From: an uncultured bacterium
Lineage (GTDB): Bacteria > Omnitrophota > Gorgyraeia > Ghiorseimicrobiales > Ghiorseimicrobiaceae
Length of the DNA: 64,000 nucleotides
Assembly: GCA_913009335.1 (NCBI GenBank)
Contig: CAJVXN010000001.1
Span: 71,709 to 135,708 of the forward strand
Direction of reading: 5' to 3'
In this document: positions 10,336-18,858 of the stretch, in pieces
Layout of the letters: each line of letters starts with the position of its first letter
Position numbering within the stretch: the first letter of the stretch is position 1
Program-made: the position numbers and the translations under genes
Notes under the pieces: model-generated
Seen by the model: only the letters and a program-made list of their open reading frames with translations
Told to the model about the DNA's origin: nothing
Databases searched by the model: none

Positions 10336-11865
10336 CTATATCAAATTAACCCTGGATCTTCTTAGTAAACTGTCCGCATCTTCACCTTCACTGCAAAGTG
10401 CCATACCTAAACTAAAAGTTATATCTTTTTCTAATTTTTCCTCGGCTATAAATTTTTGTATGACCTCCTTAAAACGATCCGAAATAGCCAAAACATCTTT
10501 TTTATCGACATCCGATAAGAATACCGCGATCTCATCAAAGTGGCTTACAACTAAATCGCTGCGCCTATATAAAGATGACTTTATCAACTGCTCAACCCGC
10601 GTCATTAATTGCGTTACCTGCTGCCCGAGTTTATTAAACATTTTTAGAAAATCGTCCATACGCACTACTATAATAAAGGCTGATATTTGACTTTCCAGTG
10701 CTGAATAAACCGCATCATCAAGAGCTTGTCGAAATACAAGCTCAGTACTATACCTGGGAAGAAGAAAAGAAATCTTAGTCCATTTACCAAGCTCACTATC
10801 AACCCGAATACTACCGCCATGGGCCTCAATCACTCCTTTGCTAATCGCCAAACCAAGACCGGTCCCTTTTTCTCCTTCTCCTTCAATACGTCCAAACTGC
10901 TGAAATTTACCAAATATCCTCGGTAAATCATCCTTTGAAATACCTATCCCGGTATCTAAAACAGCACATTCAATCTTCGCTGCCTGTTGGCATACATCAA
11001 TCTGCACAAAACCTTCTTTCGTAAATTTCAACGCGTTATTTACTAAGTTAGTAAAAACCTGCGTAATCTTATCCTTATCGGCATAGATTTCAATTTTTTC
11101 TTTTGGAACATTTGCTTTGAGCTCTAAGCCTTGACTTTTCGCCTTAGGCTCAAAGAAATAAACCACCTCTTTAACTATATCCTTAACATCAACCGCTTTT
11201 TTCTTAAGAGCTATATTCCCTGCTTCAATCTTGGATATATCAAGCAAGTTGTTAATCAAGCGGGTTAATCTCTCTAGATTTTGCCTCGCGATGATAAGAA
11301 TGCTTTTTTGTTGTTGATTTATTTTCCCTGTTATTTCATCTATGATCAGGCCTATAGCTTCATTCATTGTAGAAAGCGGCGTTCGCAACTCATGGGAAAC
11401 AATAAAGATAAAGTCCGACTTTACTTTATCCAGTCTTTTAAGCTCTTGATTTTTCTTGTCCAGCTCTTTATAGAGAATACGTATAGACTCATTTGTCTTA
11501 CCAAGCCCCCAGGTCTGCACGTCTAACTCTTCTTCGGCTTTTTTAAGGCTATCTTTAAGCAAAACATAACGATTAAAGATTTCCCGCAGTAATCCGGCAC
11601 CATGATTACTCAATAAAGTCCTATCCAATGACTTTATTTTAAGCAGCCTTTGCTGTATTTTATCATCCCCGGAAATATTTACTACTGAATCCACTCTCCT
11701 GCCGCCTGATATTTTTTCAACAACAGTATTTATATCCTTAGTATCCTGTTTTAGGTCCAAAACGCCTAGAATATTTATTATTTTGCTTTCAGAAAATAAC
11801 TCACGAAACTTTACCGTCATATCACGGGCGCCGATAAGCACTATATTCATTTTGGTTTTTTTCAT
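10336..11865 (-). CDS. Cytoplasmic histidine kinase with degenerate C-terminal GGDEF domain
   Basis: SHELRTPL, NLVNNALKF, DTGIGI, GTGLGL. C-terminal GGDEF-like fold with SHFDE at the signature position. Confidence 0.85.
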   Translation of the reverse strand: MKKTKMNIVLIGARDMTVKFRELFSESKIINILGVLDLKQDTKDINTVVEKISGGRRVDSVVNISGDDKIQQRLLKIKSLDRTLLSNHGAGLLREIFNRYVLLKDSLKKAEEELDVQTWGLGKTNESIRILYKELDKKNQELKRLDKVKSDFIFIVSHELRTPLSTMNEAIGLIIDEITGKINQQQKSILIIARQNLERLTRLINNLLDISKIEAGNIALKKKAVDVKDIVKEVVYFFEPKAKSQGLELKANVPKEKIEIYADKDKITQVFTNLVNNALKFTKEGFVQIDVCQQAAKIECAVLDTGIGISKDDLPRIFGKFQQFGRIEGEGEKGTGLGLAISKGVIEAHGGSIRVDSELGKWTKISFLLPRYSTELVFRQALDDAVYSALESQISAFIIVVRMDDFLKMFNKLGQQVTQLMTRVEQLIKSSLYRRSDLVVSHFDEIAVFLSDVDKKDVLAISDRFKEVIQKFIAEEKLEKDITFSLGMALCSEGEDADSLLRRSRVNLI

Positions 11866-11890
11866 ATCAGGTAATGTTTAAAATAACACC

Positions 11891-12259
11891 TTACAGCAGA
11901 CGCTTAACCGTCTCGAGCAATGGCGCGGCGTCGCTGGTCTTAACACAGTAATCATTCGCGCCGGCTCTCCTGGCCTCTATCGCATCGACGGCAGCAATTG
12001 AACCGGTACAGATAATAATCTTAGGCTTATGCGAACCGAAATTCTTACGAAGCTGACGGCAAACCTCAAAACCGTTAATGCCGGGCAGCATAGTATCTGT
12101 AATTACTAAATCCGGATTTTTCAACTTTGCTTTCTTAATCCCTTCTTCTCCGGTCTCAGCCGTAATAATTTTTTCATATCCGGCCTTCTTAAGAAATCGG
12201 CTAAATATCTTTCTGTCCGTTTCACTATCATCAATTATCAAAATTGTTTCATCGCTCAT
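11891..12259 (-). CDS. Single-domain response regulator
   Basis: LIIDDS, ITDTMLP, YCVK. Start placed at MSDET behind an AGGAGA RBS. Confidence 0.88.
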   Translation of the reverse strand: MSDETILIIDDSETDRKIFSRFLKKAGYEKIITAETGEEGIKKAKLKNPDLVITDTMLPGINGFEVCRQLRKNFGSHKPKIIICTGSIAAVDAIEARRAGANDYCVKTSDAAPLLETVKRLL

Positions 12260-12391
12260 TTTCATCTCCTTCAATGAAGCCACAATTTATGGAAGTCAAA
12301 AAACTGACATAAATTGTATGGCTGAATTGTCCCACCGAGTGTGTCAAAATTGTAAAATAGAATTTTGGCACATTTTACGAGGTGGGATAGA

Positions 12392-14362
12392 TTAAATGTC
12401 CTCATCAATAATCTTTTTTTTATCTTTCCCACCTTTACTCAGAATCTTCGGTATTGTAAAATAAAATGTGGCGCCTTTACCGGGACTGGAATCAATCCAG
12501 ATGTTACCACCGTGATCATCGATAACTCTTTTGACAATACTCAATCCGGCGCCTGTGCCCTCATATTCTTTTGCTGTATGTAGACGCTGAAAAATACTAA
12601 AAACCTTGTGATGATGCTCAGAGGCAATACCAATACCATTATCTTTGACGGAAAACTTGTGAAAATCGTCATTATCCGCATAATTAACCTCTACTCTGGG
12701 ATTCTCCTTGTTGTTCTTGGAAGAAAATTTTACCGCATTATTGATCAAGTTCAAAAAAACTTCCGTTATTTTAATGCGATCACATTTAACAATCGGAATA
12801 TCCGCCTGGACAACCAAGCGAACATTATGCGTTTTAATATCAAAATCGATACGCTCTTTTACTTCATTTATTGTCGCGTTAATATCAACGTCTTCATAAG
12901 GATTCTTAATTCTCGAAATTCGTGACAGCGCAAGCAGGTCATCAATTAGCTTATTCATGCGATGCGTACCCTCACTAATCTCTCTTAAACATTCTTTGCC
13001 ATCTTCATCGAACTTATTTATGTAATCCTCTTTAAGAAAATTCGCGAAAGCCGTAATTCCCCTTAGCGGGGCCCGTAAATCGTGGCTTGCCGTATAAACA
13101 AAACTATCCAGCTCCTTATTAGCCTCTTCCAGCAGTTTTTTCTGTTCTTCAAGCTCCGATTTTTTCTCTTCTACATTAGCCTTGGCTTTGATTAAGTTGT
13201 CTGTCATTTGGTTAAAAGAATGCGCCAACTCCCCAATCTCATCTTTTGCGCTAATCTCGGCCCTCACAGAAAGCTCGCCATTAGCAATTATGCCGGAAAT
13301 CCGTGTTAGTTCTTTAATCGGACCGGAAATAGAACGCGCGATAAGAATAGCTGCGATTACAACTATGAATAAAAGTATTAAACTAATCAATAATAACGTT
13401 TTTCGCAGCTTATCGGCTGATGCAAAAACTTCAGCTGTATCCATCTTTACCGCTATTGCCCATCTAAAAGAAGGTACATGTTTCCATGCGGACAAAACTT
13501 CCCTGCCTCGATAATCAACGGTAATGCCCGAACCGCTTTCGCCCAAAAGAGCTTTTTGTATATGCTGACTATTATCGGAGCCGATAACTTCTCTTTTTGT
13601 GAACGCGGCATGCTCATCAAATCTCAAAGGAGTAATAAACACCGCTTCATTACCCAGCCTTACTGCTATAATTGTCTCGCCGGTCCGGCCTAAACCCGTA
13701 TAATCTTTAACTAAGGAACTTACTCCCGTATTGCCCATTTGCGCGGCAATGATCCCAATAATATCCCCTCCTTTAAAAACCGGCACGGCAATAAAAAAAG
13801 CCCCTTGATTAATCTTGGGATAATATTGGAGATCGGATATTTCCAGTTCATGCGATATATTCACTCGCATGAAGACTTTCGAAAGTTGAGAATCTTTATA
13901 TTTACCCGCGTAAATCGACCCGTGAATCTTGCTCTGGTTTACAGAAAATATTATGTCACCATATGGACGAATTATAAAAAGATCGTCATATCCGGATGAT
14001 TTCTGATAATATGTTAAAAACGGCTTGTATTCCCGTTCAACAGCTATATATTCTTCGCTTTCAACCCCCTTATCAAAGGCCTGATCAAATTCTTCAATAA
14101 GCGTAACCGTATCCGACATATGCGACAATCTAAGCACGTCTTCTTTCATTTTATCAAGATATACTTTAACCTGGTTAGATTTATTCTCCGCGACAGCAAG
14201 CAGACTATTTGATACCTCCTCTTCTAAAACTAATCTGGCGCTGTTATAACTTATGTAGGTGGCTATTGATAAAGGCACCGAAGCAATAAACAAAAACCAT
14301 AAAATGAACTTAGCGGTAATGGAAATTTTTTTAAAATGCTTTATGGTCGAGACAGGCTTCAT
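12392..14362 (-). CDS. Sensor histidine kinase with extracellular Cache-like domain and HAMP
   Basis: Two TM helices, DYRGREVLSAW Cache motif, DEIGELAHSFN, ASHDLRAPL, DNGIGI, GTGAGL. Confidence 0.9.
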   Translation of the reverse strand: MKPVSTIKHFKKISITAKFILWFLFIASVPLSIATYISYNSARLVLEEEVSNSLLAVAENKSNQVKVYLDKMKEDVLRLSHMSDTVTLIEEFDQAFDKGVESEEYIAVEREYKPFLTYYQKSSGYDDLFIIRPYGDIIFSVNQSKIHGSIYAGKYKDSQLSKVFMRVNISHELEISDLQYYPKINQGAFFIAVPVFKGGDIIGIIAAQMGNTGVSSLVKDYTGLGRTGETIIAVRLGNEAVFITPLRFDEHAAFTKREVIGSDNSQHIQKALLGESGSGITVDYRGREVLSAWKHVPSFRWAIAVKMDTAEVFASADKLRKTLLLISLILLFIVVIAAILIARSISGPIKELTRISGIIANGELSVRAEISAKDEIGELAHSFNQMTDNLIKAKANVEEKKSELEEQKKLLEEANKELDSFVYTASHDLRAPLRGITAFANFLKEDYINKFDEDGKECLREISEGTHRMNKLIDDLLALSRISRIKNPYEDVDINATINEVKERIDFDIKTHNVRLVVQADIPIVKCDRIKITEVFLNLINNAVKFSSKNNKENPRVEVNYADNDDFHKFSVKDNGIGIASEHHHKVFSIFQRLHTAKEYEGTGAGLSIVKRVIDDHGGNIWIDSSPGKGATFYFTIPKILSKGGKDKKKIIDEDI

Positions 14363-14383
14363 TTCTTTTTTTCTTTCCTTAAA

Positions 14384-14941
14384 TTACGGCACTGCAATTT
14401 TAAATACAGATATGCTGCATACCGCCACACTTGATCCCCGTGATTTAGGGCTTATTCTATATTTATCAATAAAAAGTAAATTATCCGAACTCTCGATAAA
14501 GTACATAAAATCAATCAATTGCTCCATCTGGGATTCGCATGTCAACTTAACAAAATACTTATAATATTCCTGTTCCGGCTCTACCCCGCCGGGCTTTATG
14601 TCTACAAGATAAACTGAAGCCTTATTTGCCAGGCTTTCAATTTCCTTCAGCAAAGAAGCCATCTCTTCATCTTCGGATTCAACTACGCCGAAAAAATGCG
14701 CGTACTTCCGGCTTTCTTTCAATATTTTTTCTTTATAAGCCAATATATGCAGATTCCGTCCAATACCCGACTCTTTCTCCTTAATTTCCGTATTCACTTC
14801 CTGCATATTGGATAAAATCGGACTTATTGCCAGGCGATCCAAGAATGTAAGCGAGATGAAAAATATAGCTCCATAAAAAATAAATTTTTCGCGCTTAGAT
14901 AGGCCTGATAAAATCTTATAAATTGACTGAATATTCATCAT
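14384..14941 (-). CDS. GspM/PilO-like inner-membrane platform protein
   Basis: LSKREK followed by TM, coiled coil and ferredoxin-like C-terminus; follows the PilM/N-like gene. Confidence 0.75.
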   Translation of the reverse strand: MMNIQSIYKILSGLSKREKFIFYGAIFFISLTFLDRLAISPILSNMQEVNTEIKEKESGIGRNLHILAYKEKILKESRKYAHFFGVVESEDEEMASLLKEIESLANKASVYLVDIKPGGVEPEQEYYKYFVKLTCESQMEQLIDFMYFIESSDNLLFIDKYRISPKSRGSSVAVCSISVFKIAVP

Positions 14942-14944
14942 TTT

Positions 14945-16426
14945 TTAATTAAACTTTTTACTGAGCAGACATACTATCTCGAAATCTGCCACATCCCCGG
15001 TTTCCAGCTTACGCTTTGTCGTATAACGATTCTTGACGTCAGTAAAATAATCTGACTTTTCCATATCCTCAACAAATGAAAACACTGCCGCCATGGATTT
15101 AGCTATGCCCTTTATGGAAAATTTACCTTGCGAGTCAAATTTAATATCAGATAATAATATATTTTGCGGCAGAATAATATAAAGCTCGCCCAAAACTTCT
15201 AAAGAATAACCGCGAGCTGACAAAACATTCTTTATTACTTGAATTCTTGTAAAATCGCGCTCTAGGGTCAAAACTTCTTTCGACTGCGGACCATATATTG
15301 TTTTTAATCTCTTTAAATAGCTGTTTTTAAAATAAACTTTACTTATTAACAAGCTGCATATCAAAACAAAAATTGTAATGATAAAAATTCCTGCCTTGAT
15401 GATATCTTTACTTTTTTCTTGAAATGCGCGCTTTAGTTTTATCTCTTCCGGAATAAGTCCTAACTTAATATTGTCAAAAGTCAAAAGCGGAGCAATAATA
15501 TGCAAAAATGACCTCGTTCGAACAAGCGGCTCCAGGCTAGAGGCCCTTGTTCCTATGGGTAAGAAATTAAGATAAAACAAATTGCTTACAGGAATACGCA
15601 AAGATTCATTCAGGCTGGATTCCAGCCGCATAGCTTCATCTATTAACCCGGTCAGAATAATCCTGTTCGGCATTTTTTCGATACTATCCGATTCATAGGC
15701 TTCCAAAGAATTTTTTATCTCTTCGGTAAATCTTAACGCGTAATATTCCTTTTCTTTTGTTAAATGTAAGGCGCCTATGGGTATATTTCGAAAATACATC
15801 ACCTTTTCTTTGAAAATAACCGTAAAATCCGTAAAATCTTCGCTAATATGTACAACACTTACCGGAAAATCCCGCGCGTCCGATTTTGACACTTTTGAAA
15901 TAAACTGCCCGATGCTCTCCGCGGCAAAAAGCACTTTATCTAAATGAATGCCGGCATTACGAAATATCTCAAACTGCCTTTTTATTACATTGCGCGGCAC
16001 AATTACAAGCAACACTTTCGTATAATTATGCTTATAAGCTCCGATATCAACATAATCAATAATTATTTCTTCGCGCGAATAAGGAGTATGTCTTCCCGCC
16101 TGCAAACTTATAATTTCTTTTATCTCGCCGGGGTCACGCGACGGTATCTCAATATTCTTGGTAATAACTAAATGCGAGGGTACGATACTTAAAACAACCG
16201 CGGGATTTATTTTTTGTTCACTAAATTCAATTCGTATCGCTTCCGATATATCGTTATCGTTCGCGCTTTTTATATTTTTTGTTGAAAAAATAAGGTCATC
16301 AAGGGCACCCTTAGATACCTTGGCATAAGCTGTTTTTAAAGAATTTTCATCAAAATCTATGACCGCGATGGTTCTCTTACCAAGGCCGAATATTGAACCT
16401 ATTCTTTTCATGTCTATTGCGAACAT
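14945..16426 (-). CDS. PilM-PilN fusion (GspL-like) platform protein
   Basis: Actin-like N-terminal domain (FRNIPIGA, IILTG), LIPEE linker, TM, PilN-like C-terminus. Confidence 0.8.
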   Translation of the reverse strand: MFAIDMKRIGSIFGLGKRTIAVIDFDENSLKTAYAKVSKGALDDLIFSTKNIKSANDNDISEAIRIEFSEQKINPAVVLSIVPSHLVITKNIEIPSRDPGEIKEIISLQAGRHTPYSREEIIIDYVDIGAYKHNYTKVLLVIVPRNVIKRQFEIFRNAGIHLDKVLFAAESIGQFISKVSKSDARDFPVSVVHISEDFTDFTVIFKEKVMYFRNIPIGALHLTKEKEYYALRFTEEIKNSLEAYESDSIEKMPNRIILTGLIDEAMRLESSLNESLRIPVSNLFYLNFLPIGTRASSLEPLVRTRSFLHIIAPLLTFDNIKLGLIPEEIKLKRAFQEKSKDIIKAGIFIITIFVLICSLLISKVYFKNSYLKRLKTIYGPQSKEVLTLERDFTRIQVIKNVLSARGYSLEVLGELYIILPQNILLSDIKFDSQGKFSIKGIAKSMAAVFSFVEDMEKSDYFTDVKNRYTTKRKLETGDVADFEIVCLLSKKFN

Positions 16427-16545
16427 AAGCTAAAAACCCCCAAGAAAATCGCCTTCGGCTGATAACCTTATACGATTTTCAGTGGTATAGGAAAGTGCTT
16501 TACCTGTGCCCGTAAGGGTATACTTTCCTAGTACCATAAAAATTA

Positions 16546-17607
16546 TTACAGCTCCCGCCAGTATAATATCTTCCCTCTTTCATCAACTACGCAGCGCACT
16601 TGATGCTTGCCCTTTTTATTTTCTAACCTTGCCGTAGACTCAATCGTAAAATTACTGGAATTCGTAGTTAAATTTTGATCTGAAATCGCATTTAATTCCG
16701 CTATCTCAGATTCACTAAACTCAAAAATTCCGCTTAATACCGGGACTATTGACGATACGGCATCAAAAATATTATCATCGTTTGTGCCCGTAATCCCATC
16801 ATCCCCCTGGCGAAAAAGAATAATTCTATCAACGATATATTTCCGCAGGCCCAAAACCGACAAGATGCCGCTTGACGCCGTATTAATATTAATATTACCG
16901 CTACCGTAGATAGTAATATAATTTTTTAGGCGTTCGAATAAATCCACTGTCATACCATTAACTAAAAGAAGTTCTTCAACAACTTCAAATTCAGCATCTT
17001 TTGCTTCGTAAGGAAATTGCGAGTTCCTATAATCTCTATCTTCCGCGCTGCCTAATGGTATAGACAATTCGCTATCGCTATCACGCCAATCAATGATTGA
17101 CGCCGCCAACTCTTGAGCGCCTGTCGCGTCAAACTCAAAAATAATTCGGAACAACCGCCTTAAAACCGCACTAGACGCCGTATTTATATTAATCTTGCTT
17201 TCCTCGTCAACAATTCCATAGCGAAGTTCTGTTACTTTTGTATCATCATTGAAATATTCATAAGAAACGCTAAACGTCCCCTCCCCAACTCTAACCTTTT
17301 TAAATATACTCTTACTATTGCGCCAGTTATCACTTAAACTATCGGGGGTATCCTCCGATGCTTTCCTTAATTCAGTGATCGCGCGCTTAACACCCGCTTC
17401 CGCTATAAGACGCAACTTGCTTCTTTCATCAATCCTGTGTGCCAAACTAATTTTCTGCCTGACGCCGGAGCCTAAAACTACCGCGAATATACTTAGCAAA
17501 CAAAGGGACCAAAGAGCAATTATTAAGATACTACCCCTCTTTTTTTTAATATTATCCGCCAACCGGAATCCTAACAGTTCTAATAAACTCGTTTTTTTGT
17601 AAATCAT
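16546..17607 (-). CDS. gspK: Minor pseudopilin GspK (true start probably somewhat downstream, near LADNIKKKRG)
   Basis: KKRG|SILIIALW, AEAGV, DEESKININTA, IIDWRD, EELLLV, ININTAS. Confidence 0.9.
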   Translation of the reverse strand: MIYKKTSLLELLGFRLADNIKKKRGSILIIALWSLCLLSIFAVVLGSGVRQKISLAHRIDERSKLRLIAEAGVKRAITELRKASEDTPDSLSDNWRNSKSIFKKVRVGEGTFSVSYEYFNDDTKVTELRYGIVDEESKININTASSAVLRRLFRIIFEFDATGAQELAASIIDWRDSDSELSIPLGSAEDRDYRNSQFPYEAKDAEFEVVEELLLVNGMTVDLFERLKNYITIYGSGNININTASSGILSVLGLRKYIVDRIILFRQGDDGITGTNDDNIFDAVSSIVPVLSGIFEFSESEIAELNAISDQNLTTNSSNFTIESTARLENKKGKHQVRCVVDERGKILYWREL

Positions 17608-18187
17608 CTTTAAAAGCTAATTTAATTCGCACCGCAAGAGGCAGCTGCTCGTTTTTCCACTCGTCCTGCCAAACATATTCAGCCATTTCTTTATCATAAA
17701 AATAGTAACTAAATTTTAAACTTTCGATATTCGAAAGCGGCTGCGTAATTACCCCTGGACGCTGTTCATAAATCTGAGTAAAATCTCTTTCTTCCCTGAT
17801 TACAACACCCCTTAACGCGTCATAATTATAAATCATTTCTCCTACGGTTTTCTTATTTAAAGTTTTGCTATTTATAAAAGTCGTAAATATTAGTACATCT
17901 TCTTTACCGGAAAACGTAAGTCCGGAAAATCCAAAACTGTTTCGCAGGCTAGTTGTAAATTTATCAAAAAAAATACTCAAATCCTCTTCTTTAGACTGCT
18001 CGTTCATTCTGTTACGAATCTCAACACCATTACTAAAAGTTGTATACAGAGCAAAAGATATAAACGGTAATATAGCCGCCACAATAAGCACTTCGACCAA
18101 TGTAAACCCCGTTAGAGATAGTCCCGCCTTTGGCGGGACGTCCGTAACAGAAAACCTTTTTAATAATCCTCTATGCTTCATAAACAT
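17552..18187 (-). CDS. gspJ: Minor pseudopilin GspJ-like; current N-terminus supplied by an inserted element, original leader at 18275-18231
   Basis: G|FTLVEVLIVA, C-terminal W..EW....LPLAVRIKL. Confidence 0.8.
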   Translation of the reverse strand: MFMKHRGLLKRFSVTDVPPKAGLSLTGFTLVEVLIVAAILPFISFALYTTFSNGVEIRNRMNEQSKEEDLSIFFDKFTTSLRNSFGFSGLTFSGKEDVLIFTTFINSKTLNKKTVGEMIYNYDALRGVVIREERDFTQIYEQRPGVITQPLSNIESLKFSYYFYDKEMAEYVWQDEWKNEQLPLAVRIKLAFKDDLQKNEFIRTVRIPVGG

Positions 18188-18229
18188 TGAATTGCCGCGT
18201 AAATACTTTAGTTATTATCTCTAACGGGG
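18107..18229. mobile_element. Palindromic MITE-like element copy A (123 bp) in the gspJ prepilin site
   Basis: Terminal inverted repeats CCCCGTTAGAGATA / TATCTCTAACGGGG, flanked by TAAA direct repeats (18103-06, 18230-33). Internal hairpin GTCCCGCC-TTT-GGCGGGAC. Confidence 0.88.
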
Positions 18230-18292
18230 TAAAACCCGATAAAAGCCTCTTACGATATTTTCTATAAACCGGCATCGGTAATTTCTCTCTTA

Positions 18293-18751
18293 TTATATAT
18301 TTGTCGCGTCATATATCGCGTAGGCGTTACGCGAAACTTTTACCTGCCGCTTACCTTCCTGCCAGGTAATTTCCAGATTTATCTCATACATACTATACAT
18401 ATCTTCATCATCTACTAGATTAAAGGATAAATCCCAATTGAATGTTCTATTGCGATCTTCAAACTTACCGTTCCTTAATATATTCGCGCCTGGCCCTAAA
18501 TGCTCTAAATCATCCTGAGTCTGCCAAATTTTCTCATCTGCCCAGCTAGCGAGATTCAAATAGTTAACGTAATAATTGTGTAAATCCAGTGATGACAAAA
18601 ATGTTTCGTGTATTAATACGACCCCCAACAATAAAACCATCGCTGCGATCATTACCTCGAAAAGCGTAAACCCCGTTAGAGATAGTCCCGCCTTAGCGGG
18701 ACGTCTATTGACGATAAAATCTTTTAATAACCGTCTAAATCTCTTAAACAT
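18293..18751 (-). CDS. gspI: Minor pseudopilin GspI/PilV-like; current N-terminus supplied by an inserted element, original leader at 18881-18840
   Basis: G|FTLFEVMIAAMVL, C-terminal YEINLEITW; lies between gspG and gspJ. Confidence 0.7.
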   Translation of the reverse strand: MFKRFRRLLKDFIVNRRPAKAGLSLTGFTLFEVMIAAMVLLLGVVLIHETFLSSLDLHNYYVNYLNLASWADEKIWQTQDDLEHLGPGANILRNGKFEDRNRTFNWDLSFNLVDDEDMYSMYEINLEITWQEGKRQVKVSRNAYAIYDATNI

Positions 18752-18838
18752 TGAATTGCCGCGTAAATACTTCGGTCGTTATCTCTAATCCAGAAGGATA
18801 GACCTTACCTGTTCCTTTGAAGGAAGGGTCTAACGGGG
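18671..18838. mobile_element. Palindromic MITE-like element copy B (123 bp plus 45-bp nested insert) in the gspI prepilin site
   Basis: Same terminal IRs and TAAA duplication (18667-70, 18839-42). Shares the core TAAACATTGAATTGCCGCGTAAATACTT with copy A. Right IR is interrupted by a 45-bp insert. Confidence 0.88.
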
Positions 18839-18858
18839 TAAATCCTCCGGCCGTTTTT

